Shown: positions 38,864 to 49,932 of the stretch, piece after piece
Numbering within the stretch: position 1 is the first letter of the stretch
Layout of the letters: each line of letters begins with the position of its first letter
Assembly: GCF_022045235.1 (NCBI RefSeq)
Contig: NW_027266270.1
Location: 15,004,001 to 15,068,000 of the forward strand
DNA length: 64,000 nucleotides
Source: Haliotis cracherodii
Taxonomy: Eukaryota
Direction: 5' to 3'
The notes under the pieces: model-generated
Databases searched by the model: none
What the model was told of the DNA's origin: nothing
Seen by the model: the letters and a program-made list of their open reading frames with translations, nothing else
Translations under genes and position numbers: made by a program

Positions 38864-39440
38864 TGTCACGGTACTAGTGACCGCTCTGCTCTCCCCGGCT
38901 TTATTTCCGACACCGCTCGGCAAAGTCCGGGGGTCGTCGTTGTACAGTGTCATTGCATTCCTTGTTAGAGAATTAGTGACCCGACCATTTTGTTCTCATG
39001 TGATTCAATGGCACACCCACTGCCATGTATTGACTTGTTGTCTCCTATATATTCACTACCTTATTCATGTGTTAAAAATGTTTTTGTAACTATGATTTTC
39101 AAGCATTAGGAAAAGTTATATGTACATTCAGATATTGGCTGAGGCTATTCACTCAATTAGGTAATTGACTCAGGTGTTAAGTGGTCGCAGCTGACTTAAT
39201 TGGCAGTCTATGCATCTTGTCTGTTACTTGTCAAAGTGCTGTTTTAGCTACTCTCAGTTTATTGCTGCTTATGTATTTGCTCTGATTTAATTAATCAATG
39301 ATCCTTGTCAGTGCAGATTGGGTTTAAGTGATCCCTTGTATTGTCATCTATTGGTACAATTAGCTGTCAATAAACAACATGTGAACCTATTACCAAGTTT
39401 TCATTATCGCTTTATTCGGGCATCTCCCATTTGCCAGACA
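38864..39440 (+). mobile_element. Possible solo LTR
   Basis: Starts TGTCACGG, has AATAAA at ~39369 and ends GACA; no convincing TSD. Confidence 0.3.
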
Positions 39441-39502
39441 GCTTTAAAAAACAACCTTTATGGTTGAAGGCACGTCAGGTGTGTAACATATTTAAATCTG
39501 AG

Positions 39503-39860
39503 CCTGTGAAAATCCGAGGTAGAATAGTTCTTCAACAACCCATGCTTGCCGTAAAAGGCGACTATGCTTGTCGTAAGAGGCGACTGACGGGATCTCCCCG
39601 TGAAGATCCGGGCTAGAATAGGTCTTCAGCAACCCATGCTTGTCGTAAAAGGCGACTATGCTTATCGTAAAAGGCGACTAACGGGGTCGGGTGGTCAGGC
39701 TCGCTGACTTGGTTGATGCATGTCATCGATCCCAATTGCGTGGATCGATGCTCATGATGCCAATCACTGGATTATCTGGTTCAGACTCGATTATTTACAG
39801 ACCACCGTCATATAGCTGGAATATTGCTGAGTGCGGCGTTAAACCACCCACCAACCAACC
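39503..39860 (+). mobile_element. Family A copy (39597-39860) preceded by a duplicated head (39503-39596)
   Basis: CCTGTGAAAATCCGAGGTAGAATAG..GACTGACGGGATC immediately followed by CCCGTGAAGATCC. Confidence 0.9.
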
Positions 39861-39994
39861 CTTATATCCGAATAGACTAGTCCTGTCGTCAACAACTGTC
39901 TGACGACTGGTACAAAAAAAAATATATATATATAAAAATCAGTGTTTATATTCTTGATTTATTATTGCTTTATACTTTGGAATACATTACTCAG

Positions 39995-40300
39995 TTAATG
40001 GAAATATGTCTGAATCGCTCGAATGGCAACACGTTCAAAGTCTGTCTGGATCTTTTGAGTAGTCAAGGGTCGATGTAGTTTTTGTTGAACGTCAACTGTC
40101 AGTCTGATGAACATCCAGGTGTAAGTTGCGGCACTGCAACCAGGAAGCAGCGCAAAAACAAGTTGGTAGGTGACAGGTCTACTTCTAGCATGTGAAATGT
40201 AGACTTGATCCCACAGCTGAGGGAATGATTTGAAGGTTCCATCCATGTAAATGACATCCGGAGCTAGCAGTGCTTCCAGCTGTTCGGTTTGACTGTAATA
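39995..40300 (-). pseudogene. MULE (Mutator-like) transposase fragment
   Basis: IYMDGTFKSFPQLWDQVY..LVFALLP..TY..IQTDFERVAIRAI, carrying the MULE DGTF and DFE motifs. Confidence 0.85.
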
Positions 40301-40463
40301 TTGCTTATGGCGACTAACACAACATGTGGAGTTTATTTTCATTAGAAATTTGGTATGCAAGTTACTTTGTAAATAGATCTGTATGTTTTAATAAAATAAA
40401 ACTAAGAAATGGTAGATCTGCAAGTAGTTTCCTAAATATTATTTACAAAAACGTTTTGTGATG

Positions 40464-41071
40464 CCCAATGCACAACATAATAACAACGTTAATTTGCAAC
40501 GTTGTTGTTACGTTGTGGAATAACGTCACAATGTAACGTAATACTAACGTTGTCATAGAGAGACGCAATTACGTTCTGGTGTGAGGTGAGGGTAAAACGT
40601 CGCGTCCAAGATTATTGCACTTATATTGCGACGTGCATGTACGTGTGTGTGTGTGTGTCTGTTTGTACTAGTCCAGACTGATGCCGATTTATAGTGCTAG
40701 CCCACTGAGATACCATGCAGCAGTTTAACATGAATACCCCACTCAGACACAGTATACTGACTCCGAGCTACCAGTCCTTGTTTTAGCCCCTAAATGCCGA
40801 GCGCCAGACAGGGTAACAACAAGTACCAGTTTTTAAAGTCTTTTGGTATGACGCGGCCGCAAACTGCATAACATTTCAGAAACGTAGTTGCAAAACGCTG
40901 CGTGATGTCCGATGTACAACGTTTTCACAACGTAAATGTGCAACGTTGTTATTACCTTGTGAAATAACGCTTTACGGTGACGTAATAATAACGTTGTGGC
41001 AACGTTGTATCACGACGATACCAATTCACAACCTTACCACAACGTTGTGACAACATATTGTGTACGCTAGG
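40464..41071. mobile_element. Degenerate CACTA/EnSpm-like non-autonomous element with CAACGTTG subterminal palindromes
   Basis: Many (C)AACGTT(G) repeats; weak ends CCCAATGCACAA / TTGTGTACGCTAGG; interrupted by a family B SINE. Confidence 0.5.
40578..40859 (-). mobile_element. SINE family B, 5' truncated
   Basis: Reverse complement of the 6190-6468 body. Confidence 0.85.
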
Positions 41072-41446
41072 AAGTCACTGACGTTTTAAATGCGCATGAT
41101 GCATGAGATACGTTTACTATTAGCCTGTGTAGGAACGTGAAATACTCATGTATAGTGGGTCTTTTGGGACATTATTACCTTATACCTTATCCGTCCATGG
41201 TTTCCCTAGTCCGTATTCCGGCTTGAGTCTTCATTCTTCCGACGTCGAACCAAACCAAAATTGGCGTACCTTTTAACCAGCGGTCAGTTGGGGTCTTATG
41301 TGTTAACTCCATAGCGCACATTCTAATACATGAGCTTTGCGGAATACCACCTGTCCTGTCAAGTGCTAATGAAAACGTCAGGGTCACACCTTCATCTCAG
41401 TGACTGTAATCAGTTAGAGATATGCTGAGACGTCCAGTATTGGAGG

Positions 41447-41820
41447 CGAGGTGAGGTGAGGTGAGGTGAGGTGAGGTGAGGTGAGGTGAGGTGAGGTGAA
41501 ATCGGGTTAAAAGTCGCGTTCAAGTTATTGCGCCTATATAGCGACGTGCATGCAATTGTGTGTGTGGCTGCTTGTACTAGTCCGGACTAATGCCGATTTT
41601 ATAGTGCTAGCCCACTGAGATACCTTGACGTAGTTTAACATGAATACCCCACTCAGACACAGTATACGTACTCCGAGCAGACCAGTCCTTGTTTTAGCCC
41701 CTTAATGCCGACCGCCAAGCAGGATAACAAGTACCATCTTGGTATGACGCGGCCAGGGATCAAAACCAGGACCTTGCGCCTTAGGATCGGACGCTCTACC
41801 GCTAGACCACGGAGGCGGTC
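41447..41820 (-). mobile_element. SINE family B, full length with an expanded (CTCAC)n tail
   Basis: Reverse complement starts GACCGCCTCCGTGGTCTAGCGGTAGAGCG; about 10 GTGAG units at 41447-41498. Confidence 0.9.
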
Positions 41821-43232
41821 CGAAAGCCTTGAATTACTGGAATTTACATGAAACGTTAATGGAACGTTAGAAACATAGTAACGGCACAGATAAACCTTTT
41901 TTTTGTTTTTGTTATTCAAAACCAATTATCCTGTCACACCGGACTATGGCTGACATTTTCTATTATACACATTACAGCCCACAGGGGGTTGTGTTCGCAC
42001 ATTTCTAGATCACCTTGTCAAAAATTAGAAAGATGTAGAGCGAGGATATGTTTCGTATAAAATCGTATGAAGTGACAGTTCAAGGAGGACATATGATAAA
42101 AAAAACCATCATATCCATCTGTCTGGATATATTTAAAGTTCTGTATGATGAATAATTCGGTGAACTAACTACAATATCTTACGGATTACGAAGAACTTAT
42201 ATATACAGTTTATTACGTAAACTGAAACTCAAAAGAACGTATGTTTGTCTTTGGAAATTGCAAGAACTGTTGCTAAAGATAATAAATGTCTGTTCAACCA
42301 TCCCAACAGTTTATAAAGAGTAATGGGTAGCTGGGTAATTTAGTGTAAAAATAAATTGATTCAATGAAGACTAGTGTAAGCACGGACCTAGGCTATACAA
42401 GTCCGTGGTGTAGGTAATGAATTTGCTACCACACGATCTCCTACCATGGTTTAAATGTTGTAAATCTCTGCCGCAGAAAGCAAATTTTATTGATTTGCAA
42501 AAAAACACCAGAAGTTTGCGTTTCTTATTTTGTTTTAAGTTTAAATCAAATTATATTTACAAAAATAGAACCATGTCAAAGTATTGAGTGCTGGCTAAAC
42601 GCCAGTACAATTTACAATGAGAAATTAAACAATTTCTGAATGAATTTTATTATAACAACCCAACTGACTTCTCTTGGCCAGGTCATAATGCGAAACCAAG
42701 GACCCTCCGACCCGACCCCTTCGGTGCTTTGACTGGTATTGACTTTTGAGCTATCTCGGCATATATGTCAATCATTGTTCTAATAGTCTGGAATAAAAGT
42801 TAATGACATGTCACATCCGCATAACGCTCAACGCACAGACAGGACGCTCTGGGGTTCAGTCAGTTTATGAATAAAAATCTTTGAGGTCGGTGTTTTATAA
42901 GGGTAACTTTTTTAACAATGAAAGGAAATGTTATGGCTTCTATATCTGAGAGTGACGAAACCAAATTTACTTCGCGTTAAATGTGAAATTATAGTTATTT
43001 CACTCAACCACAAAGTTTGCCTTTAAGTGTTTTAGATGAATTTACATTTCACAACTTTTAATGTGGTTTTCGATGAAGATTTCAACACCTGTGCCACTTT
43101 GGGCTTTCCTTTCCTGATTTGCCTGGGATTAAACTCGATATATATTCCTAGATAGCACAACTGAATTACATGTATTTCGGTGCTTGGAAATTCTAGTGCA
43201 TCTGTGAATAACTATCCGTGTAAGCTTTACGT

Positions 43233-43501
43233 TGGTTGGTTTGTTTGTTGTTCAACGCCGCGCTCAGCAATATTCCAGCTATATGACGGCGGTCTGTAAA
43301 TAATCGAGTCTGGACCAGACAATCCATGCAGTGATTGACATCATGAACCTCGATCCACGCAATTGGGATCGATGAAATGCATCAACTAAGTCAGCGAGCC
43401 TGACCACCCGATACCGTTAGTCGCCTTTTACGACAAGCATAGTCGCCTTTTACGGCAAGCATTGGTTGCTGAAGACCTATTCTAACCCAGATCTTCACGG
43501 G
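43233..43501 (-). mobile_element. Short retroposon family A
   Basis: 14-bp TSD TGTAAGCTTTACGT (43219-43232, 43504-43517). Confidence 0.93.
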
Positions 43502-43907
43502 CCTGTAAGCTTTACGTCATCTGTAAAATGCTTATTAGCAGTTAGTTTATCGAATTAAATCGATCACGTATTTCGGCAGCTGGAGATTGACCTCTTATGT
43601 TTGGCATGTTATGTCATCATATGTTCTCCTTGCACAGTCACTTCATGACATTTGATACGAAAATAAGTTCAGAGGAATCATCCTGAAAGGACGAAACATA
43701 TAATCGCACTGCAAGAACATTCCAATAGATATGAGAATATCTGACGATATTTCATAAGTCTCAACATTCATCCTCTGAGTACGGTAGGTGAGTACGATGT
43801 GTGGTCTTGACATTTCCCTTAGGTCTTGGCTGCATTGGTGTCAGGTCACACAAAGATCTTGCATTAAAATTACGATTTGGAAATCAATACATAACTGACC
43901 TGTACTC

Positions 43908-44179
43908 TTTGTTTGTTTGTTTGTTTGCTGTTTTATGCCGCACTCAGCAATATTCCAGCTATATGACGGCGGTCTGTAAAATATCGAATCTGGATCAGAC
44001 AATCCAGTGATTGACACCATGGGCATCGATTCACGCAATTGGGATACGATGACATGCATCAAAAAAGTCAGCGAGCCTGACCACCCGATCCCATTAGTCG
44101 CCTTTTACGACAAGCATAGTCACCTTTTACGGCACGTGTGGGTTTCTCAAGACCTATTCTGACCCGGAATCATCACGGG
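43908..44179 (-). mobile_element. Short retroposon family A (further fragment at ~44251-44322)
   Basis: (TTTG)n tail through to CATCACGGG. Confidence 0.88.
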
Positions 44180-44329
44180 TAGTAAGACTTACACCCATGG
44201 TAGGAGCTATTTATGTTGCTTGTTTCTGAAGTTCCTACCAGAAACGTTATAATCTACGCAATCGGGATACGATGACATGCATCAACCAAGTCAGAGATCC
44301 TGACCACCCGATCCCGTTAGTCTCTCAAC

Positions 44330-45093
44330 ACGACAGGCTTGTATTGTGCATTTTTGCACACATTTATTTGTCTGATGATCCTCTTGTGAAGCATGTCAAG
44401 ACTCATGATGAAAACAAGGCATTCCACAGTTTTCTAAAACGAGCCAAGGATATGGGACATAATCTAAATGTCAGTGTTGATTTTGTTGATGGTCTGTACT
44501 GCTGGTTGGTACAGAAACGCGTGTCAACCAAGCGAAGTGCCATATCAAGTCGGCCCCGGCTTAGTTTTTCAAGGAGAGGCTTTCTGAACGACCTCTGCAT
44601 CGATGTATATGCAGTGTGTTGAGAAGATCAGCAACCCTGCAGAGTCCTTCGCTTGGATGCAGTCGGCTGGTCTGAAAAGTGAAACAGTCGGTTTTCTGTT
44701 TGCTGTTCAGGACCAGTCACTTCCCACTCGAAACCGTCAACGTATCCAGGCCAACAAACATGATATTGTCCTTTTTGATAAATCCAGTGAAATCATTTAT
44801 ATCATTGAATTTCCTGTCCCTTTTGACACTGATACGATTGACAAGATTCAGGAATAAACATTGCAAATATGCGGACCGCGCTTTCGAAATGTCACGCTTT
44901 CATCCCATGTACCAGGTTGTCCGACTTCCCATTGTTCTTGGTGCCTTAGGTTTGGTACCTCCCAATCTGTTGACTGACATTGGGAGAGTACCCGGGTTTG
45001 CTACCAGAAATACAACCCTTCTGACAATCTGAGTAATGCAGAAGGCTGCTGTGTTGGGGAGTCATTCTCCGAAAAGTTCTGGGGGGTTTGACT
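44330..45093 (+). pseudogene. R4/Dong-like non-LTR retrotransposon relic (restriction-like endonuclease region)
   Basis: SFAWMQSAGLKSETVGFLFAVQDQSLPTRN; ANKHDIVLFDK..IIEFPVPFD; KY..LPIVLGALG; frameshifted and internally deleted. Confidence 0.75.
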
Positions 45094-45191
45094 AGGCAGC
45101 GCTTCCTGGGAGAAGTCCCATTCGCATTCTGGACTGCGTGTAGAGCGGTCAAGGGTCCTGAGCTGATGTTGAGCGTTACCAGCCCGAATGT

Positions 45192-45329
45192 NNNNNNNNN
45201 NNNNNNNNNNNNNNNNNNNNNNNNNNNNNNNNNNNNNNNNNNNNNNNNNNNNNNNNNNNNNNNNNNNNNNNNNNNNNNNNNNNNNNNNNNNNNNNNNNNN
45301 NNNNNNNNNNNNNNNNNNNNNNNNNNNNN
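45192..45329. other. Assembly gap (138 N)
   Basis: Run of N. Confidence 1.
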
Positions 45330-45770
45330 AATTATTAATAGCTCTTGATTCTCCGATCGTAGGCTTCTGACTGGTCTGTATTCATTGGTGAGCCGGGTCA
45401 GATATTTTGGAGCTGTTTTGGAAAAAATCTTGTAATCAATTCTAGGAATCAGAGCCAATGTAGAGCCTTCATAATAGATGTAACATGCTGCTTTGAGGTT
45501 AGGGGCAAGAAACGGGACACTGTGTTTGGGATCTTCAGCAGCTTCTGAATGCGTCTGTTGTCGATACCAAACAAAAGACTTTTACAGTAGTCGATTCTTG
45601 ATGCATGTGTGGGATGCATCAAATGTTATTTAATGTTGGATGTTTTTTTCGGGACCGCATATGACAGTAACTTGTTAGCCACCTGCAGTACCACTGATAC
45701 ATCTGGTTCCAGATACACGCCAAGACTGTTCTGTACTGATAACGATCGCTGGATCATATTGTCAGTTGTC
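45330..45770 (-). pseudogene. L2-clade LINE 3' relic
   Basis: SRIDYCKSLLFG and IPRIDYKI..APKYL..YRPVRSLRS motifs on the minus strand. Confidence 0.75.
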
Positions 45771-45789
45771 AACCCTCAGTCTTGTTAAA

Positions 45790-46560
45790 ATGACGACTGC
45801 TTCATGCTTATTGAAATACGATAGTGACTTTCAGGTATTCACCCTGCATTGCATTTTAATGAAAAGAATTTTGTTATCCCCACGCACAATGTTTCAAGAC
45901 ATTTCATTTTGTATATGCACTGTACAACATCTGAATGCAATGTTAATACTTACAAGACACAGCGTGCATGTGTGAAAAGATCAATTCCATGTATATAGGT
46001 ACAAGCATGTCAACACGGCATGCAGATTCCCTCAAGATATGGTCATGCATTTAATTCGACCAGAACTACTAGACCCACTTTTTCTTGGTTGCACCATCTG
46101 ATCAGACAAATACTGTGCGCTAATCAGTCGTGATTCCACACCAAAGTCAAGTCTCGATGGCGACGAGAGGAGCAATGGAAGTGACACATACGAAACATCA
46201 AACACTTTGATCGCACCTGACCCAATCCTTGGCAGTTTCATCAGAGTGTGTTTTATCAAATATGTCACGAACTGCACATTCCCTTTACGGAATGGTAATG
46301 GATTCATCCTGAAATGTGTAATTGATTGCGATGGGTTGCAATCCCACTGTCGTCTTACCTAACTTTAGACTATACGTCTTCATTAGAGTATTGGGATTTC
46401 AGTCATCTGGGCGTCAACGATCACAGTGGGAACATGAGGTCGGGATTTCCCTTGCTCAGATTTCCGTTGAAGACGTTACGTTATACTGTAACAGGTTGGA
46501 GTAATTGCGATGCAATATGAATTTTGTTGGTCTTTTAACTCTTGTTTTGCCAGTGACACT
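45790..46560 (-). repeat. Inverted, more diverged copy of the 8.3-9.05 kb block of the tandem unit
   Basis: Reverse-complement matches such as GTTGCACCATCTGATCAGACA, GGCGTCAACGATCAC and TCAACACGGCATGCAGATT. Confidence 0.85.
46106..46245 (+). other. Candidate cryptic exon, copy 3 (140 nt; 12-nt in-frame insertion)
   Basis: CAG|AC...AGA|GTGTGT; xKYCALISRDSTPKSSLDGDERSNGSDTYETSNTLIAPDPILGSFIR. Confidence 0.33.
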
Positions 46561-47149
46561 GTATTAGTAGTGTTAGAACGACTAGTATGTATTAATGTTC
46601 AATGTATTCATGGGTTTACTGACGCTCCTGTTTGTCTCAGGACACAACATCATATATCAAAATCCATCTACCTTATGTTCGTTTCGGGGAGTTTACATTG
46701 AGTGAGTGAGTGCGTTGATTTTAACGCCATTTTTAACATCATTTCAGATATAGGCGTGCCAAGTTAAACGTGGGAGGAAATCCCAAAGTGCCGCAGGTCA
46801 TTCGGGTGCATGTTTGGTAAATAAAAATAGTCAATGCCAGAGAATGACCAGCCTCGACTTTTTGCCGAAACATTTGGCGCAAAGGGGAAAATAGCTATGG
46901 AAATAATATGAATGGACCGCTGAAAATCAGTGATGACCCCAGGTGTTCGCAAATAAGGTTAGCATGACCTGCCCTACCGGTAGCAACCGCCGTTTATACA
47001 TTGTGCATAAAAAGTAAGTAGTTATTATTTGATGCTGCTCAGTAGCACTCCTGCCATGCGAGCCTGAAAACACCCCCAGAAAACCCAGTGAGTGTTATGT
47101 TAATCTGGGATTCGAGGGCCATCGGTAAGCGGTTCATGGCTCGTCTGAG

Positions 47150-47390
47150 GTGAGTGTGTGAGTGAGTTGGTTATTCATTAATATCACGGCGTGTCAGCTT
47201 ACTTTGTGATGCAGGTCTCAGACGTTTACCACTTTGGTGAAACCCACGAGTACGATTGCTGACAAACCGAGAAAACTAATTGAGGCAAACCGGGATTTAA
47301 ACCCTCGATCATAGGATTATGGCGTGCCCAAGGGACGCAACTCTGAACAGCGGACAACGGTGCCTTAAACGACTGGGCCTTCAGCATCCC
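47150..47390 (-). mobile_element. SINE family C, diverged (another fragment at ~46699-46805)
   Basis: Matches 5573-5852 with deletions. Confidence 0.8.
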
Positions 47391-48189
47391 TCCTGTGTTT
47401 TGTAAAAACTATATGTAATCTAACATGGGCAACTATCGAATTGTCAGCTGACGTATGTTATGCATGTTACCTAAGCATTAGAAGATTATTCCTATACATA
47501 TTAGAAATGAAAACTTCGATAAGTTTTACTACTGCTCCGTCTTTTAGCGTCAAAAGGAATACAGTTCCACGCGAACCTGCGAATATACTATGGAACAGAT
47601 TTGGGGCAAAATAATACAAACATTGATATTCAAAAGACTGACTGAGAAATATTTGTTTAATTTTCAACCAAAGTAATAGTCTACGCAAAGAAAGCAATGA
47701 ATTCCAAGAATTTAAACCTCGCATCCTTTCCTGGTTTGCAACATCATCAACGACAGAATATCCGTAACCAGAGCAGTACTTAGCATGCACATCAGATCAG
47801 GCCTCTTCCAGTTCGTTTAACCATTTAATTGCAAACAGGATGATTCGTTGCACGAGTTGCCGTAGCACTCATTTAAGCTGTAGCATTGACAATATTTCAA
47901 CAGTTTCACAGATGTCTGTAAACTGACAAAGATATGCACATAAATCATATCCATATGGATTCTTACTCCCGATGAGCTAATAAACCTGCGTTGAACAGAT
48001 TTATGTGAGTGAATATTTCAGCTATATTACGGTAACTTGTAAATAATCGAGACGCGGCTGAGCAAACCAGTGACTGACAGCCCGCCGATTACTTGAGCCG
48101 GTTCACCCCCAAAACGCAGACCCGCTGAGACAAAAAATATTACGGTTGAGTACACCACTAATCTCAAACCTTATCCTTCCGTCAATAAA

Positions 48190-48402
48190 CCGGTGATGAT
48201 CCGGGATAGAATAAATCTTCAGCAACCCATGCTTGATCGGGTGGTCAGGCTCGCTGACTTGGTTGCAGGTCATCGATCCCAATTGCGTGTATCGATGCGT
48301 ATGATATTAATCACTGGTTTGTCTTGTCCAGACTCGACTATTTACAGACCGCCGTCATATAGCTTGAATATTGCTGAGTGCGGCGTTAAACAACAAACAA
48401 AC
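48190..48402 (+). mobile_element. Family A copy with an internal deletion in the head
   Basis: CATGCTTG joined directly to ATCGGGTGG; normal body and tail. Confidence 0.85.
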
Positions 48403-48405
48403 TAG

Positions 48406-49932
48406 CACAGCAAAAAAAGTGTAGGTTTCCGTCTTCCGGAAACCTTCCGGATACCTTCCAATTTTTGGATCCGGCCCGGAAACCTTCCAAAAAAAATGTC
48501 AAGATTTGGGGGGTGCATTTTGTTCACTTAAGTGTGAAACACATACAAAAATTAACTTGAAAATACCAAGCAATTTGAAGGTTGCTGAAGGCATCTGGAA
48601 GGTTTCCGGAAGGTTTCCGGAAGGTATCCGTATGCAAATTTTCTTCATGACTTAATTCTGGTAAAAAATGTTAGCCTGTGCATTACAGGTAGCTGTTGTA
48701 ATTTTCTGGGTTACTTTAATGGTAAATATCCTCCTAAAACATTTTTGGAGAAGACAATTGTTCAATTTCATATATTGTCCTTTTCAGATGTTAATGGTAT
48801 GTGTGTACACCGATGCTGACTATACAAATCTGAATGACTTTTGTGGTTTACTGCTGAAACATAATTGACTTTAGATATTCTTCTTCAATAAAAATCTTCT
48901 GAGATTTGTCTAATTTGTTTATTTAGAAAATGGCATTGAAGCGTCTGTTCCGTTAGGCCTTGCAAACACCACTGGTTACTTTATGCTAGTTCCTCTTCTT
49001 GCTTGATCAAATTTCAATTTGTGATATGTACCAATGAAATGCCATATAATCAATAAATAAGATTTTTTTCCAAAAACATGATTTGTTTTGCTTCATTAGC
49101 ATAGAGAAATATAATACTGATAAGCCATAACATAGGTGCTGAACAAATATAAAATGTACTAATGCCCTGAATGTTTTCCTACTATAAATACAGCTCACTT
49201 AACAAAAGTTGTAGTTCCACCTTAGTAGACAAATGACATTGATATTTTTTCTGTACTTTATTTAGGTGTTTTCTATGGATGCCATTAGTCTTACGCACTA
49301 ATTTGGGACAATTGTATTCTGTTTTATATTCCCATGAAACTACACTGTCCCGATATAACAAGTACTGATACCGTTCCAAACTAATCTGTTAAGCTCACCA
49401 GGGCCAAATGCCAAAGCACATAGCCAATGACTTTCCATTTTTTTCTGAGTGAGAATGCTGTTTTGCCACTTTTAGCAACATTGCAACAATATCATGGTGG
49501 GGGACACCAGCAATAAGCTTCACAAATTGGACCCATGTCGCGAAACAACTTGTGAACAATGCATGCCCACATATCTCAGTTTGAGGAGGATATTTACAAC
49601 TAAAATAACACAGATTATTACAACAGGTATCTGTAATGCACAGGCTAACATTAATTACCAGAAGCAAGTCATGAAGAAAATTTGCATACGGATACCTTCC
49701 GGAAACCTTCCGGAAACCTTCCAGATGCCTTCAACAACATTCAAATTGCTTGGTATTTTCAAGTTAGTTTTTTTATGTGTTTCACACTTAGGTGAACAAA
49801 ATGCACCCCCCAAATTTTGACATTTTTTTTAAGGTTTCCGGAAGGTATCCGGGCCGGATCCAAAATGGGAAGGTATCCAGAAGGTTCCCGGAAGGTTTCC
49901 GGAAGACGGAAACCTACACTTTTTTTGCTGTG
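48406..49932. mobile_element. Foldback-type CACTA/EnSpm-like non-autonomous DNA transposon with ~330-bp TIRs
   Basis: Ends CACAGCAAAAAAAGTGTAGG / CCTACACTTTTTTTGCTGTG; 3-bp TSD TAG; 48406-48740 is the reverse complement of 49580-49932; subterminal CCGGAAACCTT repeats in both orientations. Confidence 0.88.

Noticed and set aside
39691-39903. Recurrent short ORFs such as VVRLADLVDACHRSQLRGSMLM (also 37327, 43841, 48193, 60271)
   Set aside because: Chance frames through family A copies; starts, stops and frames differ between copies.
44946-45458. 170-aa ORF and overlapping ORFs across the gap
   Set aside because: Open only because of the N run; they join unrelated L2 and R4/Dong relics.
46088-46108. 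miR-29-like sequence (TTGCACCATCTGA)
   Set aside because: Seed differs from AGCACCA, the 3' half does not match, and no pre-miRNA hairpin is evident.
46905-46950. Dyad motif acting as SECIS for the C-x-x-TGA frame
   Set aside because: The helix is too short for the SECIS quartet geometry, and in units 1 and 2 the motif is on the opposite strand from the candidate exon.
48406-48445. RSS-like terminus pairing this element with the RAG1-like relic at 36.6-37.8 kb
   Set aside because: CACAGCA is not followed by a nonamer at 12/23 spacing, and the TSD is 3 bp rather than the 5 bp of Transib/RAG transposons.
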